Shown in pieces: positions 48,759 through 59,005 of a stretch of DNA of 64,000 nt. The notes beneath the pieces are model-generated. The model saw only the letters and a list, made by a program, of their open reading frames with translations, did not search any database and was not told the DNA's origin. The stretch is from Prevotella sp. Its GTDB lineage: Bacteria > Bacteroidota > Bacteroidia > Bacteroidales > Bacteroidaceae. How positions within the stretch are numbered: position 1 is the first letter of the stretch; each line of letters starts with the position of its first letter. Location: the NCBI GenBank assembly GCA_017413085.1, contig JAFPVC010000036.1, positions 18,874 to 82,873 of the forward strand, written 5' to 3'. The position numbers and the translations under genes were made by a program.

Positions 48759-49055
48759 TCAGTACATAGTGCCCCTGCGGATAGAACGGATTGAACAGAT
48801 CTTGCTTTCGCTGCGCTGGGCTGCACTGGCTAAACGGTTTTTATTTGAATTATTTTTGCAATCTGCGTAATCTGTGGGAAACTTCAATATCTGCGTGAGG
48901 CAGACTGCAAGGCCACAAACAAGCAGTCCCGCCTCCATCAGCAGCGAGCGCGACAGTGAGGGATACACGAACAGATGTGTGTCAATGGTTGCCGCCACAC
49001 ACGTCAGAAGATACAAAATGAATGTGATTGTTGTTATCGTCTTCCCGCTATTCAA
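48759..49055 (-). pseudogene. Truncated membrane-protein gene (possibly O-antigen-ligase-like N-terminus) running into a repeat element
   Basis: About 55 hydrophobic codons, then the frame reads through the cccacagattacgcagatt repeat-derived sequence. Confidence 0.45.
48773..48879. repeat. Imperfect inverted repeat with ~9-nt periodicity (REP-like)
   Basis: gcggatagaacggattgaacagatc ... aatctgcgtaatctgtggg; left arm resembles the leaders at 59730 and 61884. Confidence 0.55.
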
Positions 49056-49223
49056 AACTTCAATTTTACAGTTTTTATAATCTTTAATTCTGATGAAAGC
49101 GGATACAAAGGTAATAACAATTATTCACATTGTACAAAAAAAAAACAGACTTTAACACTTTTGTATAAAGTATTAAAGTCTGTTTTATTAATGGATATTA
49201 ATAGAATTATATACTAATGGGAA

Positions 49224-50573
49224 TCATTCGTTCCAGTCTACAAGACAGCTGTCAAGTTCTTTGGTTATGGCTTCACGGTCAAGGTGCTGGCCTATGAACA
49301 CAATCTTCTGCATCCTGTCACCATAGCGGTCATCCCAATCACGATTTACACCAGGGTTGTCAATGCGGAACTGCTCCAGTTCTGCCGGCGGCATGGTGGC
49401 ATACCACTGTCCGGCATTCTGCAACTGCACCTGACGGCCTGCCTGTTCGAAGATATAGCACAAGGTGGGCTGGTCCTCAAACCAACACAGTCCCTTGGCA
49501 CGTATCACACTCTTAGGCCAGCGACGAGCCACAAAGTCGTCAAACAGTGTAATGTCGAACGGACGGCGGGCATAATATACAAACGTGCCTATGCCATACT
49601 CCTCTGCCTCGCCCTCGCCATGATGGTGGTGATGGTGGTGACAGCCACAGGTGCACTCGCCTCCATGATGCGACTCACATTTTTCGTCATGGTCATGATG
49701 ATGCTCGTGCTCATGGTCGTGATGGTGATGCTCGTCATCGTCATGCTCATGGTGATGATGGTGGTGATGCTCATGCTCATCATGGTCGTTTTCGTCTTCG
49801 TCTTCGTTTTCGTCTTCGTTTTCGTCTTCGTTTTCGTTAGAATGCTTCTCTATTTCACCTATCCATGCGGCAGAAGTGGCTACATCGTCGAAGTTGAACC
49901 TGCCCGTACCAAGTATTTTCTCAAAGTCCACGTTGCCGTAGTCACAATCTATTATCTCTGCCTTGGGCTGAATGGCACGCACTATCTGGCGCACGCGCTC
50001 AAGTTCGTCAGGCTCAACCTCTGATGCCTTGTTGAGCAAGATGATATTGCAGAATTCAATCTGCTGTATCACAAGGTTTTCAATGTCTTCCTCGTTGCGC
50101 TTGGCACCAAGCAGCGACTTACCGCAACCAAACTCATCCTTCATGCGGAGTGCATCGACAACGGTCACTATGCAGTCAAGACGCGGTGTGCCGCCCACAT
50201 TATACTGCGCCCCCATCGACGGTATAGAGCAGATAGTCTGGGCAATGGGAGCCGGCTCACATATACCGCTGGCCTCAATCACGATATAGTCAAATTTCTG
50301 CATCTTCACTATATCGCTGAGCTGCTGCACCAAATCCATCTTTAGCGTGCAGCAGATGCAACCATTCTGCAGAGCCACGAGCGAGTCGTCCTGCTGGTCT
50401 ACCACCCCACCCTTCTGTATAAGGTCGGCATCAATGTTTACTTCGCCAATATCGTTGACAATGACGGCAAAACGTATGCCTTTCTCATTGTTCAGTATGC
50501 GGTTAAGCAACGTTGTCTTTCCACTGCCTAAGTAACCCGTAAGCAGCAGGACGGGAATTTCCTGTGTATTCAT
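49224..50573 (-). CDS. COG0523/CobW-family metallochaperone GTPase
   Basis: GYLGSGKTT, GCICC, IEASG, His-rich insert, RAKG and VFIGQ. Confidence 0.93.
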   Translation of the reverse strand: MNTQEIPVLLLTGYLGSGKTTLLNRILNNEKGIRFAVIVNDIGEVNIDADLIQKGGVVDQQDDSLVALQNGCICCTLKMDLVQQLSDIVKMQKFDYIVIEASGICEPAPIAQTICSIPSMGAQYNVGGTPRLDCIVTVVDALRMKDEFGCGKSLLGAKRNEEDIENLVIQQIEFCNIILLNKASEVEPDELERVRQIVRAIQPKAEIIDCDYGNVDFEKILGTGRFNFDDVATSAAWIGEIEKHSNENEDENEDENEDEDENDHDEHEHHHHHHHEHDDDEHHHHDHEHEHHHDHDEKCESHHGGECTCGCHHHHHHHGEGEAEEYGIGTFVYYARRPFDITLFDDFVARRWPKSVIRAKGLCWFEDQPTLCYIFEQAGRQVQLQNAGQWYATMPPAELEQFRIDNPGVNRDWDDRYGDRMQKIVFIGQHLDREAITKELDSCLVDWNE

Positions 50574-50677
50574 TTTCCAGTTGATTAATGATTATCCTTT
50601 CAGATTGCAAAATTACAACAAATAATCTGAATAAAGAAATATTTCAACTGGTAAGACTGTTATTTTTTGTTATCACG

Positions 50678-51685
50678 CTACCTGCGACGCAACAGTATAT
50701 AAAGTATTACCGGTGCGCCAAACACTGGTGTGACGGCATTAAGCGGTATTATGGAGTTCTGCGGCAGCGTGCATATAACGTTGCAGGCAAGAGCTACAGC
50801 GGCACCGCACACCATAGTGGCAGGCAGAAGCGTGGAATGGTCAGCGGTGCGCGTGGCGAGCCTTGCCATGTGGGGCACAGCCAGCCCGATGAAAGCCACT
50901 GGACCGCAGAAAGCCGTGGCGGTGGCCGTCAGCATACCGGTAATTGCAAGCAGCAGCCAGCGCGTCAGCCTAAGATTCACGCCGAGGTTAGCGGCATAGT
51001 CATTGCCCAGCAAGAGGGCATTGAGAGGTTTAATGAGCAAGAGAGCCGAAATAAGAGCCGGACACGACAAAGCGAGCATCCACGGCAGTTGCTCACGCGT
51101 CACATCGCTAAAACTGCCCATGCCCCACATCACGTAGTTCTGCAGACTGTCGGCAGTAGCAAAGAAATTCAGCATCATGACCATGCTTGAGGCAAGATAG
51201 CTCAACATAATACCTATGATAAGGAGCATCAGGCCTGAGCGCACTATACCAGCCATGAAAAGCAAGAGGGCTATCACTGTCATGGCTCCCATGAACGCCC
51301 CAGCGACAACGGCAACAAAGCCAGCCATCGTGCTGCCGCCAATGCTAACCACACCACCGGTGACGAGCATGACGATACCCACACCCAACCCTGCTCCGTT
51401 GGTTATACCGAGTATTGACGGTCCCGCAAGCGGATTGCGGAAAGCAGTCTGCAAGAGCAGTCCGGCAGTAGAAAGCGATGCGCCACACACCATTGCTGTC
51501 AGAGCCTGTGGTATACGGCTTTCAGTCAAGATATACGTCCAGCTGCTGCGAGAAGTTCCGCCACCAACAAGCAAACTCAGCACTTCACGTGCAGGTATGC
51601 TTACCGAACCACAGAAGAGATTAAGCAGCAACAGCAATGCCGTTGTTATGATGAGCAATATAACTATGGCAAGCGGTCTATTCAT
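50678..51685 (-). CDS. FecCD/BtuC-family ABC permease
   Basis: FRNPLAGPSILGI and CGPVAFIGLAVPH motifs. Confidence 0.92.
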   Translation of the reverse strand: MNRPLAIVILLIITTALLLLLNLFCGSVSIPAREVLSLLVGGGTSRSSWTYILTESRIPQALTAMVCGASLSTAGLLLQTAFRNPLAGPSILGITNGAGLGVGIVMLVTGGVVSIGGSTMAGFVAVVAGAFMGAMTVIALLLFMAGIVRSGLMLLIIGIMLSYLASSMVMMLNFFATADSLQNYVMWGMGSFSDVTREQLPWMLALSCPALISALLLIKPLNALLLGNDYAANLGVNLRLTRWLLLAITGMLTATATAFCGPVAFIGLAVPHMARLATRTADHSTLLPATMVCGAAVALACNVICTLPQNSIIPLNAVTPVFGAPVILYILLRRR

Positions 51686-52817
51686 GCAGTTTCTTGTAGA
51701 ATCGGTTGTCGTTCTTAACCATGTCAGGATGCAGTATACTTGCAAACTCCTTCAGTATTACGTCAGGATGGAAAGGCGTTTCCTCGTAGAAACGTGTCTT
51801 CAGCAGATTGCACGCATAGACGGTGCCACGCTGGAAAGCCTTCATGCGTGAGTTCAGTGCCCACTGCTGTTTCAGGTCAGCGAGGGTCATGTCTGTGGCC
51901 TGATTATATTTCAACAGCCAGCAATCGGCATCCTTGGCCTTGTCATATACAGCCTCGGGACTGTAAGGCAATGCGCCTGTGGCATTCACGTCGTCAAAAA
52001 CGTAATGACCTCCGGCATCACGTATGAGTATGCCCACTGTACTCTGTCCGCCCGCCACATACCACGTGCTGCCGATTTTCATTTCCGTAACCACTGTGGG
52101 ACGGCTGGCAGCATCAGCTGTAAGGCTTTTCAAGTCGCTGTATCGCCCCTCGATGGCAGCAAAAAGGCTGTCGGCACGCTCACTGCATCCGAACAACAGT
52201 CCGTAGAAGCGCATCCACTCTGCCCTGCCGAGCGGCGATGTTTCCATATAGTCAGCACACTCAATCAGCGGTATACCCATCTTGCCTACCTTGCCGTATG
52301 TTCCACCATTCTCAAACGGTGAGAGCAGTATGGCATCGGGCTGCATACTGATTATCCCCTCGATGTTGGGTGTCATGCTTTCGCCGAGGTCAATGATGCG
52401 ACCACGGGCAACATCGTTCTGCAAGCGTGGCATATTAATGTATCTAAGGTCACAAACACCTTTGATACTGCCGTATGCGCCCAGTTCGTCAAGCAGCGCA
52501 CAGTGTACCGAAGTGTAAACGGCTGCATTGGTCACAGGAGTGCGTATTACATCGCCCTTGGGCAAATGGACAGGCAATGGTGCGCTGCGCTCCACCAGTA
52601 CATATTCATGCAGGGTGCGCGTGGAGTCCCACGGGTCAAGGATTTTCGCCCTGATATAACCGTCGTGCTGCGTCAGCGTGAGCAACTGCGCATAGCGCAT
52701 GGCTATGCCGTCGCCCCCGCCATTGTCGTATGCCGTAGTGGCGGTGCAGCACGTCAGCATTGCCGTAAGCAGCAATGCAAGGATAGCGAAGCAAAAATTG
52801 GATAGCTGTCTGTTCAT
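51678..52817 (-). CDS. Iron/cobalamin ABC substrate-binding lipoprotein
   Basis: Lipobox LTCC; YMETSPLGRAEW and FYEE..HPD motifs. Confidence 0.88.
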   Translation of the reverse strand: MNRQLSNFCFAILALLLTAMLTCCTATTAYDNGGGDGIAMRYAQLLTLTQHDGYIRAKILDPWDSTRTLHEYVLVERSAPLPVHLPKGDVIRTPVTNAAVYTSVHCALLDELGAYGSIKGVCDLRYINMPRLQNDVARGRIIDLGESMTPNIEGIISMQPDAILLSPFENGGTYGKVGKMGIPLIECADYMETSPLGRAEWMRFYGLLFGCSERADSLFAAIEGRYSDLKSLTADAASRPTVVTEMKIGSTWYVAGGQSTVGILIRDAGGHYVFDDVNATGALPYSPEAVYDKAKDADCWLLKYNQATDMTLADLKQQWALNSRMKAFQRGTVYACNLLKTRFYEETPFHPDVILKEFASILHPDMVKNDNRFYKKLHE

Positions 52818-52824
52818 CTTTCGT

Positions 52825-53925
52825 CTATAAGGTTATTTCGGCAGAACCGTAGCATCGGTGGTGGTGTTCGTCATAAATAACACAGAATTGCCCAGGCGCC
52901 ACCCCATGTATGGGTTTCTCTGCCTTGACCAGATATTCGCCCTCTGGCAACTGACTGAGCGTGCCTCGCAAGAAGTCTGACGTATGGCGTATCTTGAATG
53001 TTATGTTGGTTTCTCCCACGTCGGTCGACAAGGCCTCAAAAGGAACCGTTAACCAGTGCATGTCATGCAGCCGGAACTGCTGCCTGTAGGCTTTCTCCGG
53101 GTCATAGCCATGACTTACGAAGAGAATGTTCTTCTTAATGTTCTTCTTTACAGCAAACCACGGTCCACCGCCAAAGCCCAACCCATGACGCTGTCCTATG
53201 GTGTGAAACCACAATCCCTTGTGCATGCCCACCTTCTTGCCTGTCTCGATGTCGATGACAAGTCCGGGCTTCTCGCCCAGATAGCGGCGCAGGTAGTCGT
53301 TATAGTTTATCTTGCCGAGGAAGCAGATGCCTTGCGAATCCTTGCGCCGTGCGTTGACAAGATGTTCACGCTCTGCTATCGTCCTTACCTCTTCTTTCAT
53401 CATGTGTCCGATGGGGAATATGGCCTTTTGCAACTGCCAGTCGTATATCTGCGCGAGGAAATCTGTCTGGTCTTTCACTGGGTCGGGCGACGTAACAAGC
53501 CATTTCCTGCCCTCATCGTCAATCTCCGTCTGTGCGTAGTGACCGGTGGCGATGCAGTCGTATTCACGGCCACGTTTCTCATGGAATGCACCAAATTTAA
53601 TCAGACGGTTGCACATCACATCAGGGTTGGGCGTATAACCGGCCTTTACTTTCTCCATGGTGTAGCGCGTCACTTCATCCCAATATTCCTTGTGGCAGTC
53701 TACAACCTCAAGCGCCAGCCCGTAGCGTCTTGCCACGGCCGTCGCCATCTCAAGGTCTTCCTCTGACGTGCAGTCCCACTCTTCTTCTTCCTCTGGTCCT
53801 ATCTTGATATAGAAGCAGTCTGGTTTCAGTCCATGCGAGCAAAGCTCGTGTACTACCACCGAACTGTCTACGCCGCCGCTAAGCAGCACAGCAATGCGCT
53901 TATCCTTATAATATTCGTAATTCAT
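52825..53925 (-). CDS. mnmA: tRNA 2-thiouridylase MnmA
   Basis: SGGVDSS, TPNPDVMCN, ATGHYA, KDQT, DSQGICF and PGQ motifs. Confidence 0.95.
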   Translation of the reverse strand: MNYEYYKDKRIAVLLSGGVDSSVVVHELCSHGLKPDCFYIKIGPEEEEEWDCTSEEDLEMATAVARRYGLALEVVDCHKEYWDEVTRYTMEKVKAGYTPNPDVMCNRLIKFGAFHEKRGREYDCIATGHYAQTEIDDEGRKWLVTSPDPVKDQTDFLAQIYDWQLQKAIFPIGHMMKEEVRTIAEREHLVNARRKDSQGICFLGKINYNDYLRRYLGEKPGLVIDIETGKKVGMHKGLWFHTIGQRHGLGFGGGPWFAVKKNIKKNILFVSHGYDPEKAYRQQFRLHDMHWLTVPFEALSTDVGETNITFKIRHTSDFLRGTLSQLPEGEYLVKAEKPIHGVAPGQFCVIYDEHHHRCYGSAEITL

Positions 53926-53977
53926 AATGCAAAGTTACGATTTTTTTTCTAAAGTAAGAAGCAAAGTATGAAAAAAG

Positions 53978-54032
53978 AAAAGTATGATTATCGCAAGACA
54001 ACAATCTGAAGTCTATGCGTAATCATACTTTT
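53978..54032 (-). terminator. Hairpin/terminator downstream of the beta-barrel gene
   Basis: aaaagtatgatta ... taatcatactttt inverted repeat. Confidence 0.6.
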
Positions 54033-54117
54033 CACCTTATTATCCCTATTATCTTTTTAACCTTTTACACTTTTACTCCTTAACTCTCTCTGTTTTTCAC
54101 TCTTCCATTCTTTCACC

Positions 54118-57100
54118 TTAGAACATACCGCCGCCCATCGGACCGCCGCCAAAGCCGCCACCACCACGTGGACCGCCGCCGCCGAAGCCACCACGGCCAC
54201 CAGGAGCACCAGGGGCACCAGGACCTTCTTCACCGCCACGGCCACCGTTGCGTCCCTGACGCATAGCCTGGCGTCCAGCTTTGCCGCCGAAGGCATTGAA
54301 GCGATAGACTACGTGAAGCATGGCGTAGCTGTTGATGGAGTTGTAGTATGTATCGTTGCGCGATATAGCATTGAGGCTGCGTGAGAAACTGCTCCTCTGG
54401 TTCAGTATATCATAGAACTGCAGCATGACGGTGAGTGACCTGTTCTGCAGGAATGACTGCGATATCTGTGCATTCCAAATAAACTCGTCCGTATTGAACG
54501 ATGCCTCGCTGTAACCACGGCGTGATGACATGTGCGCACCGGTAGAGATGCTCGTGCCCCACGGTGCTGTGGCTGTGATGTCAACACCATACTGGAACTG
54601 CCATGTGTTGAGGTTGGCATTAGGCTGCAGCTTGTTTCTTGCTATGTTGTAAGTCACGTTGCCGTTAGGCTCTACCTCAAGCCATGAGTTGCGGTATGAC
54701 AGACCCAGACGCTCCGAAATGTTTGTCTCACGAGTGTAGTTCTTCGTGGCCTCAGCCGAACGGTTGAGGTTTATGTAGCTCACATGGTTCTGGTATGAGA
54801 AGTTAGTCATGCTGCTCAGGTTCCACACACCAGTGGTGTCGAGTGCAGTATTGAACATGAATGAGCTTCTGACGTTCCAGTTGCCATTGATGTTCATCGG
54901 CTTGGTGGTGCGTCCACCAGTGCGCTCGTCGTATGTAGTCATGTTCGACACGCTGTTTGAGGTATTCGAGTAGTCAATGAACGCCATGATGGTACGCATA
55001 TGGCTCTGCACGTAGTTGTTGTAGCGCACGCTGAACGACTGTGTGAACGATGGCTTCAACTCTGGGTTACCCATAGAGATGTTCAGCGGGTCGGTATCGT
55101 CGGTAATCGGCAGCATGTCCGTCATTGACGGCTGCGATGTGTTGCCACGGTAGTTCAGACGTATACTCTTCTGCTTTGTGAAACGATAGCGGAAGTCGAG
55201 CGTCGGGGTGAAGTTTGTCACCGAACGCTGCACGTCATGGTGCTTGCCCAGATAATCGTATATCATATGCTGTGTCTGTGGCTGCAGCATGATACCGAGG
55301 TTGAGGTTGTAATTGTTGGTCACGCGTCGCCATGTCAGCTCGATTTCGTGAGTATAGTTGTTGTACTCAGAGTAGCGGCTGAGTGAATCGCTGTAGTATG
55401 TGCTGAGCGGCGCATAAGGATCCGTAAACGCATTGAAGTTGCGGTAAGCCCATTCAGCCGTATTAGAGAAGCCGTCAAACATGCTGTAGTCGTTTTTGTT
55501 GAAGAAGTCATACGTGGAACGCTCACTTGTGCGGTGGCTATACTGATACATATAGCGTAACTGCAGGAACGAGTACTTTGACAGGCGCTCCGAGTATGTA
55601 CCCGTGAGCGAGAAAGTCTTGTTGTCGCCTGGTGTGAGGTTGTAACGGTTCTTATAATATATGGAGTCTGCCGTTGATGGACGGTACAGCGTCACATTCT
55701 GTGTTGACAGTGACTCGCTGTCGCTGTCGGTGTCGCGATAGCGTGCCTGCACGGTCACGCTGTTACCGCGGCTTGACAGTTTGCGCGATGCCACGAGCTG
55801 CAGGTTGAGGTTCTTGTTGGTGCTGTAGCTCAGGGAGTTGTTCTGTCTGCCGTTGATGAGCAGTGAGTCGGCACCAAGGCTCTCCATGTATATCTTCCTG
55901 TTCAGGGCATCAAGCTCAGCAGTGTTGAGCGGGTCGTTCACCTCATCGTATGAATAAGGGTCGGAGTTGTATGACATGCTGCGGCTGTTGGAACGTGAGT
56001 CATTGGATGATGCAGAGTATGAAGGACGGAACGAGATGGTAGTCAGTGTATCCGGCTTCCACTCCAAACGACCGTTGAAATTCCATGAGTTGCTGCGGCC
56101 ATAGCTCTGTGAAAGGCTGTTGCTGAACGAACCTACGGTTGACACGAAGTTCTCACTGGAGCGTTTGTTCCATGTGTCGGTGTCGCCGTGTCTCCATTGG
56201 ATACCGAAGTCGATTCTCAGTTTGTCCTTAATCTCATAGTTGTAGTTTGCCATCAGCATCTTATTTGCCTGCAGTCCGTTGCCACGGTTGCCAAAACCTC
56301 CACGTCCGCCAGTGCTGAAGCCGCGGTCGCCGGTATTGTTGGCACTGCCCATGATGAACAGTCGGCTGTTATCCTTCATGCTGCCAAACATTCCCTGTTC
56401 CGAATAGCGGTGCTTGGTACCGATGGACAAGTCGATGTTGCTGATGATACCCTTGTTCATGCCTCGCTTGATGTTGAAGTCGAGCACAGTCTCCTCCTCT
56501 CCGTCGTCAACGCCGGTGAGCTTGGCCATGTCACTCTTCTCGTCGTAAGCCTTCACCTTGTCTATGATGGCCGTAGGCAGGTTCTTCAGTGCAGTCTGTG
56601 TGTCGCCGCTCATGAATTCCTTGCCGTCAACCTTCACTTTCTTCACTTCCTTACCGTTGATGGTAATCTTACCGCTATCATCAATCTGCGCACCCGGCAG
56701 ACGCTTCACCAGTTCCTCCAGGACGGAACCTTCCGGCGTGCGGTATGCAGCGGCATTATATATAAAGGTGTCTTCCTTCACAATCACCTTCGCTGCCACA
56801 CCGTTGGCAACGACCTCCTTCAGCATCACGGCATCGGTCTCCATGTTCAGTCGTCCGAAGGCGAAAGACTGACCATCTTTTATGGTCACGTTGCGTGTTA
56901 TGCCTTTGTAGCCGATATTGGTAATCTTGACAATATACTTGCCGTCCTCTGGCACACTGACTGAGAAATTGCCGTCAAGGTCACTCACCGCACCGCCGAC
57001 ATACGTAGAGTCAGCCGCCTTGAGCACCTGCACAGTGGCCTGAAGTAGAGGTTCCTGCTCCTCCTTATCGATAAGGGTGCCGCTTATGACTGTTTTCGCA

Positions 57101-57201
57101 GTGGCCAGCGAGTCCTGCGCCCTGGAATTAAGAATAAATAATGAGGAATGAAGAATGAGGATAACGATAAGTCCCCAAAGCCGGTGGTACGTCTTGTCCA
57201 T
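54118..57201 (-). CDS. TonB-dependent-like outer-membrane beta-barrel protein
   Basis: Carboxypeptidase-regulatory-like N-domain, LVKRLPG plug motif, GNPELKPSF, Gly-rich C-terminal tail. Confidence 0.85.
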   Translation of the reverse strand: MDKTYHRLWGLIVILILHSSLFILNSRAQDSLATAKTVISGTLIDKEEQEPLLQATVQVLKAADSTYVGGAVSDLDGNFSVSVPEDGKYIVKITNIGYKGITRNVTIKDGQSFAFGRLNMETDAVMLKEVVANGVAAKVIVKEDTFIYNAAAYRTPEGSVLEELVKRLPGAQIDDSGKITINGKEVKKVKVDGKEFMSGDTQTALKNLPTAIIDKVKAYDEKSDMAKLTGVDDGEEETVLDFNIKRGMNKGIISNIDLSIGTKHRYSEQGMFGSMKDNSRLFIMGSANNTGDRGFSTGGRGGFGNRGNGLQANKMLMANYNYEIKDKLRIDFGIQWRHGDTDTWNKRSSENFVSTVGSFSNSLSQSYGRSNSWNFNGRLEWKPDTLTTISFRPSYSASSNDSRSNSRSMSYNSDPYSYDEVNDPLNTAELDALNRKIYMESLGADSLLINGRQNNSLSYSTNKNLNLQLVASRKLSSRGNSVTVQARYRDTDSDSESLSTQNVTLYRPSTADSIYYKNRYNLTPGDNKTFSLTGTYSERLSKYSFLQLRYMYQYSHRTSERSTYDFFNKNDYSMFDGFSNTAEWAYRNFNAFTDPYAPLSTYYSDSLSRYSEYNNYTHEIELTWRRVTNNYNLNLGIMLQPQTQHMIYDYLGKHHDVQRSVTNFTPTLDFRYRFTKQKSIRLNYRGNTSQPSMTDMLPITDDTDPLNISMGNPELKPSFTQSFSVRYNNYVQSHMRTIMAFIDYSNTSNSVSNMTTYDERTGGRTTKPMNINGNWNVRSSFMFNTALDTTGVWNLSSMTNFSYQNHVSYINLNRSAEATKNYTRETNISERLGLSYRNSWLEVEPNGNVTYNIARNKLQPNANLNTWQFQYGVDITATAPWGTSISTGAHMSSRRGYSEASFNTDEFIWNAQISQSFLQNRSLTVMLQFYDILNQRSSFSRSLNAISRNDTYYNSINSYAMLHVVYRFNAFGGKAGRQAMRQGRNGGRGGEEGPGAPGAPGGRGGFGGGGPRGGGGFGGGPMGGGMF

Positions 57202-57245
57202 TGATTGTATTGCTTTTATTAATTATTTTCCTTTTCTGCAATTAT

Positions 57246-57271
57246 GACGCGTTTCATGCTTTCAAGGTTTA
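57246..57271 (-). promoter_or_regulatory. Possible ECF-sigma promoter (TAAACC-N16-CGTC)
   Basis: Minus strand gttaaaccttgaaagcatgaaacgcgtcataat fits the generic ECF -35 AAC / -10 CGT layout about 45 nt before the ATG. Confidence 0.4.
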
Positions 57272-57463
57272 ACAACCTGCAAACAATATTGCACATTAAT
57301 CAAAAACAAACAGACAGAATGGACTTTTTCACCTACGAAACACCTGCATCCAACCACTTCTAATCCAAACACCCCGTACTTCTATCACAAAAACGAGGAC
57401 ACAACCATGTGGGTTATGTCCTCTGTTTTTATATCCTTCTGTCTTATGCTATAATTTCTGATG

Positions 57464-58996
57464 TTATTCAACCACCAGTTTCTTACCATTGTTAATGTAA
57501 ACACCCTTCGTGGTCGGTTTGCAATTCAACTGACGACCGTCGAGCGTGTACCACAATGACGACGTGTTGGAAGCGCACTGAGTAACCTGAACGCTGGTTG
57601 CGTTATACGGTTCGTCGAGCCACTTATAATAGGAACCGTATGAACCCATAAAGGCGAGTTTCAGGAAAAACGTAGTGCCCTGTTCCACATGGTCCGATGT
57701 AGAGTCGTCATCTATCTTGTAAAGGGTTCCCTCACCGTCAGGATGGGCATCGCGGAACGAGAGGTAGTTGCCGTATGGCACCACCACGTCGTACTTGGAG
57801 TGTATGAACATAATACGGTGCTGCGGTTCCCAGCCTGTGGCAACACTGTTATCGTACAATGCACGATGGAGGTCCTTATAGGCGTCGCCCTTTTCTTCGG
57901 GTACGGTGACGAGGTTGTTGCTATTAGACTGATAATCATAGAACCCTGGGGTAAAGAGTTTGTCGAGCTTGCCAGTCACCTTGTTCGTCGTGGGTGATTC
58001 AAAGAGTTCTGCCATCTGCTCACTGGTGTATGTGTGACCGTTGTTCTCCACTCCCTCCTGCAACTGGGCATACCACATCTTATATATATCGTTGACTTTA
58101 TACTCCTTGCTGGCTATCCACTCCATGATGCCTGTGTCGAGGAACTGCTGTGACAGGTAGTCCTCCAACTGGTGGTTCTTCATGTCGGGATGGCTGTCTA
58201 TCATACCTTTGATAATCATTGGCACCACCATCGGCATGGTCGTGGTCCCCATGTGGTGTTGCGTCTCTACATCATAACCGTCGCCATTATCCTGCATATA
58301 GTAGTTCATGGTGGCTATGAGGTCGTATGGGCCATCGCCAGCCAGTGTGCCACGATAGTGCAAATCGTTGTCTATGTCGTTCTGTTCAATATGGCGTTGC
58401 ACAGCCAGTGCTACGGCACCGCCCTGCGAATAGCCGAAGCCGAAGGTGCGCCAGTTGTCGGCAAAGGGCAGAGCCTTCTGTGCATCTATCTCCTTATTAT
58501 ATAACTGCAGACCGTACTTCACGCCATCAACAACCTGTTGGGCGGTAACATCCATTGCCAAATAAGGATGAGTGCTCTCCTTGGTAACACCATATCCTTC
58601 GTAGTCGGGGGCAATGACTATGCTGCGCGCTATGAAATTCTCGTCCTCGTTGAGTCCTATGCCGTAAGTACCTCTGGTAAGTGCCATCAGGACATGGATG
58701 TCGTTAGGTGTTGGCTCCGCCGTAGGACACTCCGCATCCGACGTTACCGTGTGGTGATTGTAGATGTGTACCGTCTCAATGGCATCGGTAGCCTTGGGGT
58801 CTGCAGGGTTCCACGCTATCAGCAGTGCCGACAGCACGACAGGCTCTCCCGTAACGCTCACCGAGGGGTAGTTGAACCTGTAGGAAACCACGTTCTCAAT
58901 ACTTGTGACATCTGTCTTCTGCAGTGCTTCCGACACATCTGCAGCCTGCGCCACCATCGTCAGTGTGGCAAAAACAAAAAGTAATAGTTTTCTCAT
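57464..58996 (-). CDS. Secreted alpha/beta-hydrolase (lipase-like) with T9SS CTD
   Basis: PDYEGYG, GYSQGG nucleophile elbow, DVVVP; WYTLDGRQL..KGVYINNGKK CTD. Confidence 0.85.
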   Translation of the reverse strand: MRKLLLFVFATLTMVAQAADVSEALQKTDVTSIENVVSYRFNYPSVSVTGEPVVLSALLIAWNPADPKATDAIETVHIYNHHTVTSDAECPTAEPTPNDIHVLMALTRGTYGIGLNEDENFIARSIVIAPDYEGYGVTKESTHPYLAMDVTAQQVVDGVKYGLQLYNKEIDAQKALPFADNWRTFGFGYSQGGAVALAVQRHIEQNDIDNDLHYRGTLAGDGPYDLIATMNYYMQDNGDGYDVETQHHMGTTTMPMVVPMIIKGMIDSHPDMKNHQLEDYLSQQFLDTGIMEWIASKEYKVNDIYKMWYAQLQEGVENNGHTYTSEQMAELFESPTTNKVTGKLDKLFTPGFYDYQSNSNNLVTVPEEKGDAYKDLHRALYDNSVATGWEPQHRIMFIHSKYDVVVPYGNYLSFRDAHPDGEGTLYKIDDDSTSDHVEQGTTFFLKLAFMGSYGSYYKWLDEPYNATSVQVTQCASNTSSLWYTLDGRQLNCKPTTKGVYINNGKKLVVE

Positions 58997-59005
58997 ATCT
59001 TGTTA

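Noticed and set aside
49284-50024. 246-aa plus-strand ORF with an FVFVFV/MMVV hydrophobic run
   Set aside because: Antisense shadow of the His/Asp/Glu repeat in the CobW gene
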